Shown here piece after piece: positions 23,688-35,876 of a DNA stretch of 40,581 nucleotides. Position 1 is the first letter of the stretch; each line of letters starts with the position of its first letter. The notes beneath the pieces were generated by a model, which was not told the DNA's origin, did not search any database, and saw only the letters and a program-made list of their open reading frames with translations. Both the position numbers and the translations under genes were made by a program. Source of the DNA: Nemertoderma westbladi (Eukaryota; Animalia; Xenacoelomorpha); the NCBI GenBank assembly GCA_032718475.1, contig JAUCBJ010001903.1:1-40581 (forward strand), read 5' to 3'.

Positions 23688-26600
23688 CCATCCATTCTGA
23701 TCGTTACTGTATGGCAGTTAATCAATTCTGCTCGTTACTGTATGGCAGTTAATCAATTCTGCTCGTTACTATATGGCAGTTAATCCATTCTGCTCGTTAC
23801 TATATGGCAGTTAATCCATTCTGCTCGTTACTATATGGCAGTTAATCCATTCTGATCGTTACTGTATGGCAGTTAATCCATTCTGATCGTTACTGTATGG
23901 CAGTTAATCCATTCTGATCGTTACTGTATGGCAGTTAATCCATTCTGATCGTTACTGTATGGCAGTTAATCCATTCTGCTCGTTACTGTATGGCAGTTAA
24001 TCCATTCTGCTCGTTACTGTATGGCAGTTAATCCATTCTGCTCGTTACTGTATGGCAGTTAATCCATTCTGCTCGTTACTGTATGGCAGTTAATCCATTC
24101 TGATCGTTACTGTATGACAGTTAATCAATTCTGATCGTTACTGTATGGCAGTTAATCCATTCTGCTCGTTACTGTATGGCAGTTAATCAATTCTGCTCGT
24201 TACTATATGGCAGTTAATCCATTCTGCTCGTTACTATATGGCAGTTAATCCATTCTGATCGTTACTGTATGGCAGTTAATCCATTCTGATCGTTACTGTA
24301 TGGCAGTTAATCCATTCTGATCGTTACTGTATGGCAGTTAATCCATTCTGCTCGTTACTGTATGGCAGTTAATCCATTCTGATCGTTACTGTATGGCAGT
24401 TAATCCATTCTGGTCGTTACTGTATGGCAGTTAATCCATTCTGATCGTTACTGTATGGCAGTTAATCCATTCTGATCGTTACTGTATGGCAGTTAATCCA
24501 TTTTGCTCGTTACTGTATGGCAGTTAATCCATTCTGATCGTTGCCGAATGGCAGTTAATCCATTCTGCTCGTTACTGTATGGCAGTTAATCCATTCTGAT
24601 CGTTACTGTATGGCAGTCAATCCATTCTGATCGTTACTGTATGGCAGTTAATCCATTCTGCTCGTTACTGAATGGCAGTTAATCCATTCTGCTCGTTACT
24701 GTATGGCAGTTAATCCATTCTGCTCGTTACTGTATGGCAGATAATCCATTCTGCTCGTTACTGTATGGCAGTTAATCCATTCTGATTGTTACTGTATGGC
24801 AGTTAATCCATTCTGATCGTTACCGTATGGCAGTTAATCCATTCTGCTTGTTACTGTATGGCAGTTAATCCATTCTGATCGTTGTCGAATGGCAGTTAAT
24901 CCATTCTGCTCGTTACTGTATGGCAGTTAATCCATTCTGCTCGTTACTGTATGGCAGTTAATCCATTCTGCTCGTTACTGTATGGCAGTTAATCCATTCT
25001 GCTCGTTACTGTATGGCAGTTAATCCATTCTGATCGTTACTGTATGGCAGTTAATGCATTCTGATCGTTACTGTATGGCAGTTAATCCATTCTGCTCGTT
25101 ACTGTATGGCAGTTAATCCATTCTGTTCGTTACTGTATGGCAGTTAATCCATTCTGCGCGTTACTGTATGGCAGTTAATCCATTCTGATCGTTACTGTAT
25201 GGCAGTTAATCCATTCTGATCGTTACTGTATGGCAGTTAATGCATTCTGATCGTTACTGTATGGCAGTTAATCCATTCTGCTCGTTACTGTATGGCAGTT
25301 AATCCATTCTGCTCGTTACTGTATGGCAGTTAATCCATTCTGCTCGTTACTGTATGGCAGTTAATCCATTCTGGTCGTTACTGTATGGCAGTTAATGCAT
25401 TCTGATCGTTACTGTATGGCAGTTAATCCATTCTGCTCGTTACTGTATGGCAGTTAATCCATTCTGTTCGTTACTGTATGGCAGTTAATCCATTCTGATC
25501 GTTACTGTATGGCAGTTAATCCATTCTGATCGTTACTGTATGGCAGTTAATCCATTCTGCTCGTTACTGTATGGCAGTTAATCCATTCTGATCGTTACTG
25601 TATGGCAGTTAATCCATTCTGCTCGTTACTGTATGGCAGTCAATCCATTCTGCTCGTTACTGTATGGCAGTTAATCCATTCTGATCGTTACTGTATGGCA
25701 GTCAATCCATTCTGATCGTTACTGTATGGCAGTTAATCCATTCTGCTCGTTACTGAATGGCAGTTAATCCATTCTGCTCGTTACTGTATGGCAGTTAATC
25801 CATTCTGCTCGTTACTGTATGGCAGTTAATCTATTCTGCTCGTTACTGTATGGCAGTTAATCCATTATGCTCGTTACTGTATGGCAGTTAATCCATTCTG
25901 CTCGTTACTGCATGGCAGTTAATCCATTCTGCTCGTTACTGTATGACAGTTAATCCATTCTGCTCGTTACTGTATGGCAGTTAATCCATTATGCTCGTTA
26001 CTGTATGGCAGTTAATCCATTCTGATCGTTACTGTATGGCAGTTAATCCATTCTGATCGTTACTGTATGGCAGTTAATCCATTCTGATCGTTATTGTATG
26101 GCAGGCAGTTAACCCATTCTGATCGTTAATGTATGGCAGTTAATCCATTGTGCTCGTTACTGTATGGCAGTTAATCTATTCTGATCGTTACTGTATGGCA
26201 GTTAATCCATTCTGCTCGTTACTGTATGGCAGTTAATCCATTCTGATCGTTACTGTATGGCAGTTAATCCATTCTGATCGTTACTGTATGGCAGTTAATC
26301 CATTCTGCTCATTACTGTATGGCAGTTAATCCATTCTGATCGTTACTGTATGGCAGTTAATCCATTCTGATCGTTACTGTATGGCAGTTAATCCATTCTG
26401 CTCGTTACTGTATGGCAGTTAATCCATTCTGCTCGTTACTGTATGGCAGTTAATCCATTCTGCTCGTTACTGTATGGCAGTTAATCCATTCTGCTCATTA
26501 CTGTATGGCAGTTAATCCATTCTGATCGTTACTGTATGGCAGTTAATCCATTCTGCTCGTTACTGTATGGCAGTTAATCCATTCTGATCGTTACTGTATG

Positions 26601-28417
26601 GCAGTTAATCCATTCTGCTCGTTACTGTATGGCAGTTAATCCATTCTGCTCGTTACTGTATGGCAGTTAATCCATTCTGCTCATTACTGTATGGCAGTTA
26701 ATCCATTCTGACCGTTACTGTATGGCAGTTAATCCATTCTGCTCGTTACTGTATGGCAGTTAATCCATTCTGATCGTTACTGTATGGCAGTTAATCCATT
26801 CTGATCGTTACTGTATGGCAGTTAATCCATTCTGATCGTTACTGTATGGCATTTAATCCATTCTGCTCGTTACTGTATGGCAGTTAATCCATTCTGATCG
26901 TTACTGTATGGCAGTTAATCCATTCTGCTCGTTACTGTATGGCAGTTAATCCATTCTGCTCGTTACTATATGGCAGTTAATCCATTCTGCTCGTTACTGT
27001 ATGGCAGTTATTCCATTCTGCTCGTTACTGTATGGCAGTTAATCCATTCTGCTCGTTACTGTATGGCAGTTAATCCATTCTGATCGTTACTGTATGGCAG
27101 TTAATCCATTCTGCTCGTTACTGTATGGCAGTTATTCCATTCTGCTCGTTACTGTATGGCAGTTAATCCATTCTGCTCGTTACTGTATGGCAGTTAATCC
27201 ATTCTGATCGTTACTGTATGGCAGTTAATCCATTCTGATCGTTACTGTATGGCAGTTAATCCATTCTGCTCGTTACTGTATGGCAGTTAATCCATTCTGC
27301 TCGTTACTATATGGCAGTTAATCCATTCTGCTCGTTACTGTATGGCAGTTATTCCATTCTGCTCGTTACTGTATGGCAGTTAATCCATTCTGCTCGTTAC
27401 TGTATGGCAGTTAATCCATTCTGATCGTTACTGTATGGCAGTTAATCCATTCTGATCGTTACTGTATGGCAGTTAATCCATTCTGCTCGTTACTGTATGG
27501 CAGTTAATCCATTCTGCTCGTTACTGTATGGCAGTTAATCCATTCTGCTCATTACTGTATGGCAGTTAATCCATTCTGACCGTTACTGTATGGCAGTTAA
27601 TCCATTCTGCTCGTTACTGTATGGCAGTTAATCCATTCTGATCGTTACTGTATGGCAGTTAATCCATTCTGATCGTTACTGTATGGCAGTTAATCCATTC
27701 TGATCGTTACTGTATGGCATTTAATCCATTCTGCTCGTTACTGTATGGCAGTTAATCCATTCTGATCGTTACTGTATGGCAGTTAATCCATTCTGCTCGT
27801 TACTGTATGGCAGTTAATCCATTCTGCTCGTTACTATATGGCAGTTAATCCATTCTGCTCGTTACTGTATGGCAGTTATTCCATTCTGCTCGTTACTGTA
27901 TGGCAGTTAATCCATTCTGCTCGTTACTATATGGCAGTTAATCCATTCTGCTCGTTACTGTATGGCAGTTAATCCATTCTGCTCGTTACTATATGGCAGT
28001 TAATCCATTCTGCTCGTTACTGTATGGCAGTTATTCCATTCTGCTCGTTACTGTATGGCAGTTAATCCATTCTGCTCATTATTGTATGGCAGTTAGTCCA
28101 TTCTGATCGTTACTGTATGGCAGTTAATCCATTCTGCTCGTTACTGTATGGCAGTTAATCCATTCTGATCGTTACTGTATGGCAGTTAATCCATTCTGAT
28201 CGTTACTGTATGGCAGTTAATCCATTCTGATCCTTACTGTATGGCAGTTAATCCATTCTGCTCGTTACTGTATGGCAGTTAATCCATTCTGATCGTTACT
28301 GTATGGCAGTTAATCCATTCTGATCGTTACTGTATGGCAGTTAATCCATTCTGCTCGTTACTGTATGGCAGTTAATCCATTCTGATCGTTACTGTATGGC
28401 AGTTAATCCATTCTGAT
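23688..28417 (+). repeat. 31-bp satellite, ~150 units, running into the exon 7 acceptor
   Basis: Unit TTAATCCATTCTG(C/A)TCGTTACTGTATGGCAG, ending 15 nt before the exon. Confidence 0.98.
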
Positions 28418-28432
28418 GGTTTCCTTTAACAG

Positions 28433-28734
28433 AAGCTCTTGATATCGGACCGCAGTAACGGGTCCCTATGCATCCCTGGTGGGACCGGTGACTCCGCAGT
28501 CAATGAGGTGGTACCGGACAGGGACAGCGAGGAAACCGGAAGTGAGGAAGGCCAGCGTAGCTGCAGTGTTAGCAGCATCAGTAGCGAGTCCAGTCTAGTA
28601 GGTAGTGTGGTCAGCGACGTTGCTACGCAACCAGAACAGGATGATACGTCCGCCTCACCCAATGGTGATCAACCTAGTCCAGTAACACCAACACCTACAC
28701 TGCAACCTATTAATCACGCACCATTTAGGAGCAA
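28433..28734 (+). CDS. TAOK: TAO kinase coding exon 7 (KLLISDRSNG...Ser-rich linker...HAPFRS)
   Basis: Acceptor TTTCCTTTAACAG. KLL continues YRKAQ as in TAO kinases. Ser/acidic linker. Donor AA|GTGAGT, phase 2. Confidence 0.9.
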
Positions 28735-28862
28735 GTGAGTATTTATTGAACGAATTATTCCCTAAATTATTATCTAATATGTTATTGTTGTAGGGAACTT
28801 AAGGATAGTGTATTCATTGGTGAATGGTTGCATGTTGGGGATAAATGCCATACCTTTAGCTA

Positions 28863-30335
28863 ATCCAATGTCCAATAATAAAGCGAGTGGATTAGATGAA
28901 ATCCCAGCGGAGGTATGGAAAACCGGAGTGCTAAACAGACCATTATTGAATGTTTGCAACCGGATGTTAAAAGGGGAAAAGCCACCACCAATTTGGACTA
29001 AAGGTCAACTAAAGCCTCTCCCCAAGAAAGGAGACCTCGGCATACCAACAAACTATCGTGGGATCTGTCTGCTTGTGGTAGCTGCCAAAATATACAATAA
29101 AATGATTCTATATAGGGTTAGGCCTCACATCGAGAAACTACTTCGTAAGAGCCAAAACGGATTTCAACCAAGTAGATCAACAATAGCTCAGATACTTGCA
29201 CTACGGAGACTGATTGAAGGAATTAAGTCGAAGAATCTCCCCGCAGTCATGACTTTTGTGAACTTCAAGAAGGCATTCGACTCAATCCATAGAGGTAAAA
29301 TGCTGGAAATCCTAAGAGCTTATAGAATACTAGAGGTAATTGTGGCTGGCATTGGATTATTATATTGTGACACAGAAGCGCAGGTACTCTCACCAGATGG
29401 TAAAATTGAGTTTTTTTCAATCCTGGCTGTGGTACTGCAAGGTGACACATTAGCACCATTACTATTTGTAATTGTGCTGGATTACGCAATGAGGACAGCC
29501 ACAAAGGGTGAAGGGATTCACACTTCAAGAACGCAGAAGTAGTAGATATCCGGCAACTACAGTCACAGACACCGACTTTGCGGATGACATCTCCCTGCTC
29601 TCTAATACGCTAGCAGATGCACAGCTTCTACTAAATAAAGTGGAGAGGGCTGCTAAGGAGGTTGGATTGCATATAAATGCTACCAAGACCGAATTCATGA
29701 CCTTTAATGTTGATGGAAACTTGACAACCATTGATAATAATCAACTAAGGAAGGTCGATGACTTCCAGTACCTTGGATCATGGATAGAGAGTAGCAAAAA
29801 GGACATAGAAGTTAGGAAAGCAAAGGCTTGGGTAGCTCTATCAAAAATGGATACTATCTGGAAATCGGATCTCTCCAGACACCTGAAGACTAAGTTTTTT
29901 CGAGCCACAGTGGAAAGTGTATTTTTATACGGGGGTGAGACCTGGACACTGACTAAATCACTTGAACAACGAATTGATGGTTGCTACACAAGACTACTAA
30001 GGGCAGCCCTAAACATCACCTGGAGACAACACATGACAAACGCCGAGCTTTATGGTACAATACCACCTGTATCAACCACCCTCCGTGAACGCAGATTAAG
30101 AGTCAGTGGGCACTGCTGGCGAAGTAAAGACGAGGTCATACCAGATCTACTTCTCTGGCAACCAACTCTGGAAAGCGTAGTCGTGGACGGACCGGCCATA
30201 ACATATATATATCAACTTGAAAGGGATACTGAACTTGGGAGAAACGAAATTGCGACAACTATGGAGAATCGGGAAGCCTGGATTGATCTCAACTCCACTG
30301 CCCGAGTTCGCTCGACCTAGTAGTAGTAGTAGTAG
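28863..30335 (+). mobile_element. 5'-truncated RTE-clade LINE (RT domain and C-terminus), (TAG)n tail, 12-bp TSD
   Basis: Motifs NYRGICLL, QNGF, FKKAFDSI, QGDTLAPLLF, FADDI, FQYLGS, YGGETWTL. Frameshift near 29510. TSD TACCTTTAGCTA at 28851-28862 and 30336-30347. Confidence 0.95.
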
Positions 30336-30405
30336 TACCTTTAGCTATGTTTGTATTGGTAAACATCTCGGTTTATTACTGTGTTCCGTATGTTTTGTGT
30401 TTCAG

Positions 30406-30529
30406 TGCCGACGTCGCGGTAACCGATGGACCGACCGGACCCAATGTCCGGGACAGCCACGGGTTCGCCACAATCCGGACTACAGAAATCGTAACCCGAC
30501 AGATTAAAGAACACGCACCAGAGAATGAG
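30406..30529 (+). CDS. TAOK: TAO kinase coding exon 8 (ADVAVTDG...GFATIRTTEIVTRQIKEHAPENE)
   Basis: Acceptor GTTTCAG, conserved FATIRT..VTRQ..EH, donor GAG|GTCTGT, phase 0. Confidence 0.93.
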
Positions 30530-30990
30530 GTCTGTCTGCAATATTATAATTATTCTTATTATCAACATGTGAGAAAGACAAACTAGATTCCACCAAATAT
30601 TTAAATTGACGTCGGATTAAAATATTATCACGGTGGTGTGTTTCCTTCTGCCATACATTATTACCCAACCAGAACCCAGGCATGCAGTTATGCGCAGTAA
30701 GGTTTAAACTATGAAGCCAATTTTCTCGGAATGTAATTTTTCATTTTCAAATGACACCTAAGCTGCAATTTCAAAACCAATTTTCGATTTTTTTTGTTTT
30801 GTAATAGTTACTCTTATTAAAAATTATTTTTTTAAGAAAATTACAATTTTAACCGATATTGGGTGGGGGTACCCCCTTAAAGTTTTATGGTTTTCTTAAT
30901 ATTTCAAGAATGGGCAAACGCAATTGATGAACTAACATTTCGATTTTATTCATTTTGAGTTTCAACATATTTATTTATATTTACCTCCAG

Positions 30991-31116
30991 TATCGAGAGA
31001 ACATGGCGGGGTACAAACGAATGCGGCGTCTTCATCAGAATCAGTTGAAGATGTTAGAAGATAAGTTGGAAACTGAGATGAATGAACTAGCTAACAAACT
31101 CGAGAAGGAGTTGGAT
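30991..31116 (+). CDS. TAOK: TAO kinase coding exon 9 (YRENMAGYKRMRRLHQNQLKMLEDKL...EKELD)
   Basis: Acceptor CCTCCAG, conserved M.GYKRMRR.HQ.QL, donor GAT|GTGAGT, phase 0. Confidence 0.95.
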
Positions 31117-31313
31117 GTGAGTGTCTCTCCGGGTGTTTGTCAGCTGTTAGTAGGTAGATAGTGACCGCTTATTGGTGGCGAATCAACCGGAACTCTCGTA
31201 CTAATTAATAGCCTTGTAGCCGCAATTATAAGCAGCATCTTAGAGATTAACGTAAGTGTCAACACTGGCGTTACCGAAAAGACATAGTTTATATCGCTTT
31301 TATTTCTTTCCAG

Positions 31314-31496
31314 TCGCTCCTTCAGAGCCACAGTAAAGAGATCGAGAAATGTCGTACGAAACGGGTCCAGGAGTTAGAGAAACACGCAAAGAACCACGGA
31401 ATAGAGTTAACTCGTCTCCAGAAGCACTTGAAACAGGAACAAGAGGGAGAGCTGAAGGCGTTACAGACGAGACACAAGCACGATTGCAAGAAAAGG
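31314..31496 (+). CDS. TAOK: TAO kinase coding exon 10, coiled coil (SLLQSHSKEIEK...HKHDCKKR)
   Basis: Acceptor TTTCTTTCCAG, 61 open codons rich in E/K/Q/L, donor AGG|GTAGGT, phase 0. Confidence 0.9.
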
Positions 31497-31665
31497 GTAG
31501 GTATTGCAATAATTTATCGAAAATGTAGTAATATATCATTACGCTAAGGCTTCGATAAACTCGTGACTCGCCCCTCCAAATGTTCTAATGTATTAAATAT
31601 GTGGCTTCTGTTAGCCACATATTTTTTCACGAATATTTAATAAACATTTATTTACTTTATATCAG

Positions 31666-31845
31666 GTTGACATTCTTAAGAAAGGGAACGCTTCTAAAGA
31701 TTCCTTGAAGTCTTACATGGACGACATGACGGCCTATAGAATAGAAGAAGAGGACAATCTGTCTCACAAACTCCGACAATCTATAGACCTACAAGTGAGA
31801 CGTCAGAAGCGAAGCATGTTGCTGCAGAGACACATATGCGAGGAG
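31666..31845 (+). CDS. TAOK: TAO kinase coding exon 11 (VDILKKG...RRQKRSMLLQRHICEE)
   Basis: Acceptor ATATCAG. RR.KR.MLL.RH resembles the TAO coiled coil. First donor GAG|GTAAGC, phase 0; a second in-frame donor lies at 31882. Confidence 0.9.
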
Positions 31846-34727
31846 GTAAGCATGTTACTGCAGAGACATATATGCGAGGAGGTAAGCATGTTGCTGCAGA
31901 GACATATGCGAGGAGTTAGGTATGTTGCTGCATAGACATATATGCGAGGAGGTAAGCATGTTGCTGCAGAGACAATGTGCGAGGAGGTAGATATGTTGCT
32001 GCAGGCACATATGCGAGGAGGTAAGCATGTTGCTGCAGGCACATATGCGAGGAGGTAGATATGTTACCGCAGAGACATATGCGAGGAGGTAGGATTGTTG
32101 CTGCAGAGAAATATACGAGGAGGCAGATATGTTACTGCAGAGACATTTATGCGAGGGGGTAAGCATGTTACTGCAGGCACATATGCGAGGAGGTAGATAT
32201 GTTACTGCAGAGACATATGCGAGGAGGTAGGTATGTTACTGCAGAGAAATATACGAGGAGGCAGATATGTTACTGCAGAGACATTTATGCGAGGGGGTAA
32301 GCATGTTACTGCAGGCACATATGCGAGGAGGTAGATATGTTACTGCAGAGACATATATGCGAGGAGGTAAGCATGTTGCTGCAGAGACATATGCGAGGAG
32401 TTAGGTATGTTGCTGCATAGACATATATGCGAGGAGGTAAGCATGTTGCTGCAGAGACAATGTGCGAGGAGGTAGATATGTTACCGCAGAGACATATGCG
32501 AGGAGGTAGGATTGTTGCTGCAGAGAAATATACGAGGAGGCAGATATGTTACTGCAGAGACATTTATGCGAGGGGGTAAGCATGTTGCTACAGGCACATA
32601 TGCGAGGAGGTTAGCATGTTGCTGCAGGCACATATGCGAGGAGGTAAGCATGTTGCTGCAGGCACATATGCGAGGAGGTTAGCATGTTGCTGCAGGCACA
32701 TATGCGAGGAGGTAGGTATGTTGCTGCAGGCACATATGCGAGGAGGTAAGCATGTTGCTGCAGGCACATATGCGAGGAGGTAAGCATGTTGCTGCAGGCA
32801 CATATGCGAGGAGCTAAGCATGTTGCTGCAGGCACATATGCGAGGAGGTAAGCATGTTGCTGCAGGCACATATGCGAGGAGGTAGATATGTTACCGCAGA
32901 GACATATGCGAGGAGGTAGGATTGTTGCTGCAGAGAAATATACGAGGAGGCAGATATGTTACTGCAGAGACATATGCGAGGAGGTAGGTATGTTACTGCA
33001 GAGACATATGCGAGGAGGTAGATATGGTACTGCAGAGACATTTATGCGAGGAGGTAAGCATGTTATTGCAGGCACATATGCGAGGAGGTAAGCATGTTGC
33101 TGCAGGCACATATGTGAGGAGATAGATATGTTACTGCAGAGACATATGCGAGGAGGCAGATATGTTACTGCAGAGACATTTATGCGAGGAGGTAAGCATG
33201 TTATTGCAGGCACATATGCGAGGAGGTAAGCATGTTGCTGCAGGCACATATGTGAGGAGATAGATATGTTACTGCAGAGACATATGCGAGGAGGTAGGTA
33301 TGTTACTGCAGAGACATATGCGAGGAGGTAGATATGTTACTGTAGAGATATATGCGAGGAGGTAGATATGTTACTGCAGAGACATATGCGAGGAGGTAGG
33401 TATGTTGCTGCAGGCACATATGCGATGAGGTAGGTATGTTGCTGCAGGCACATATGCGAGGAGGTAGGTATGTTGCTGCAGGCACATATTCGAGGAGGTA
33501 GATATGTTACTGCAGAGACATATGCGAGGAGGCAGATATGGTACTGCAGAGACATATGCGAGGAGGTAGGTATGGTACTGCAGAGACATATGCGAGGAGG
33601 TAGGTATGGTACTGCAGAGACATATGCGAGGAGGCAGATATGTTACTGCAGAGACATTTATGCGAGGAGGTAAGCATGTTATTGCAGGCACATATGCGAG
33701 GAGGTAGATATGGTACTGCAGAGACATATGCGAGGAGGTAGGTATGTTACTGCAGAGACATTTATGCGAGGAGGTAAGCATGTTATTGCAGGCACATATG
33801 CGAGGAGGTAGATATGGTACTGCAGAGACATATGCGAGGAGGTAGGTATGGTACTGCAGAGACATATGCGAGGAGGCAGATATGTTACTGCAGAGACATT
33901 TATGCGAGGAGGTAAGCATGTTGCTGCAGAGACATATGCGAGGAGGTAGGTATGGTACTGCAGAGACATATGCGAGGAGGCAGATATGTTACTGCAGAGA
34001 CATTTATGCGAGGAGGTAAGCATGTTATTGCAGGCACATATGCGAGGAGGTAGATATGGTACTGCAGAGACATATGCGAGGAGGTAGATATGTTACTGTA
34101 GAGATATATGCGAGGAGGTAGATATGTTACTGCAGAGACATATGCGAGGAGGTAGGTATGTTGCTACAGGCACATATGCGAGGAGGTAGGTATGTTGCTG
34201 CAGGCACATATGCGAGGAGGTAGATATGTTACTGCAGAGACATATGCGAGGAGGTAGATATGTTACTGTAGAGATATATGCGAGGAGGTAGATATGTTAC
34301 TGCAGAGACATTTATGCGAGGAGGTAAGCATGTTATTGCAGGCACATATGCGAGGAGGTAAGCATGTTGCTGCAGGCACATATGCGAGGAGGTAGATATG
34401 TTACTGCAGAGACATATGCGAGGAGGTAGATATGTTACTGTAGAGATATATGCGAGGAGGTAGATGTTACTGCAGAGACATATGCGAGGAGGTAGGTATG
34501 TTGCTACAGGCACATATGCGAGGAGGTAGGTATGTTGCTGCAGGCACATATGCGAGGAGGTAGGTATGTTGCTGCAGGCACATATGCGAGGAGGTAGGTA
34601 TGTTGCTGCAGGCACATATGCGAGGAGGTAGGTATGTTGCTGCAGGCACATATGCGAAGAGGTAGATATGTTGCTGCAGGCACATATGCGAAGAGGTAAG
34701 CATGTTGCTGCAGAGACATATGTGCGA
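31812..34727 (+). repeat. 34-36-bp tandem array (~80-85 units) made of the 3' end of exon 11 plus its donor site
   Basis: Unit AAGCATGTTGCTGCAGAGACATATGCGAGGAGGT; the first unit is coding sequence. Confidence 0.97.
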
Positions 34728-35157
34728 GAAGTATATATCTGTAATCTGCCAAATTTCAGCTTGATCATAATATCCGAATCGAACAAGGATTTCACTTTGG
34801 AACATTTCGCCATCTAGCCGCAGACTAGAGAACTGCAGACGGATGAGTCTCATTTGAATTTCACAGTTAATGGTGTAGTGCAAATCTGCCACGTTTCACC
34901 GTTGAACGGATTAAAATAAAAGAAATGGGAGTACATTTATTGTTTAGATAATAGCCCTCTAGCAGGAGACTGTTGAACTGCTGGTGTCTGAAAGTCGCTA
35001 AAAATGATCAACTTTTGGTCTTATTTAATATCTACAAATTCTAATCAGTGTCAGTTCGCTAAGGTTCCGCCAACTTCGTCGCTCGCCCCACAAAGATCTC
35101 TGTAATTTGTATCTTATTAGTTGGAGTTATTAATTACGCTTTTTTTATATCGTGCAG

Positions 35158-35278
35158 AATCTTGTCTACACTGAACTAAGGAAGTTACGATCACAAAAAG
35201 ATGAAGTTCATAAAATGTTGCTCAGGAACCATGACCATAGACAACAAATGGAATACAAACATTTAATGACCGTACACG
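35158..35278 (+). CDS. TAOK: TAO kinase coding exon 12 (NLVYTELRKLRSQKDEVHKMLLRNHDHRQQMEYKHLMTVH); the gene continues beyond the window
   Basis: Acceptor GTGCAG. Matches the TAO pattern EL.K...QKD..H.MLLR.H....E..HL. Donor G|GTAAGT, phase 1. No stop reached. Confidence 0.92.
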
Positions 35279-35876
35279 GTAAGTATTTAATGTCTTATTT
35301 ACCCAAAGGTTAGGTTTATCGTATTATTATAACTACATTGAATTTTATCATCCGAGTCTTGGACTTGCTGCATTGCAGCTTCATTAAGAATTCTATGCCG
35401 GTGTAGCAGAAAATTTCCACCCCTCTAAAAATCCACTTCCCGGTTAAAATTCCCTAAGTATATTATCCCTTCCCGGTTAGAATTCACTAGGGTATTTTAA
35501 CCGGGGTTGAAACTACTCTGTTTTTTTAGTGAAATTTAACCCCTCTCAGTATATTATTCTTACCCCCATGATATTTTAAGTTTCAATATAATTTAAATTC
35601 GATATAACCCTACAGTTAAACGAACAGACGACCACAGATACCTCTAGTACACAGACAAACACACGCTGGAGATTTATATATAGTAAAGTAGGCGGTACCG
35701 GTAGGCCTACTGTAGAAGATACAAAAAAATACACCGGGAGTGAGAATACACAGGGGAATTTAACAGGGGATGGATTGGAACGGAGTGAAAATTGATAAAT
35801 GCAGGGGTGAGTTTTCACTCATGGAGGGAGTAAAATACACTTAAGAAAATATATCCCGGGAGTGAGAAATACACTA

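Noticed and set aside
28808-30320. Novel RT system (retron/DGR-like) or host gene
   Set aside because: Ordinary non-LTR RTE-type RT with 5' truncation, frameshift, tandem tail and TSD.
31855-34892. Many Cys/His-rich minus-strand ORFs resembling zinc-finger repeats
   Set aside because: Antisense translations of the 34-36-bp donor array, with constant frame switching.
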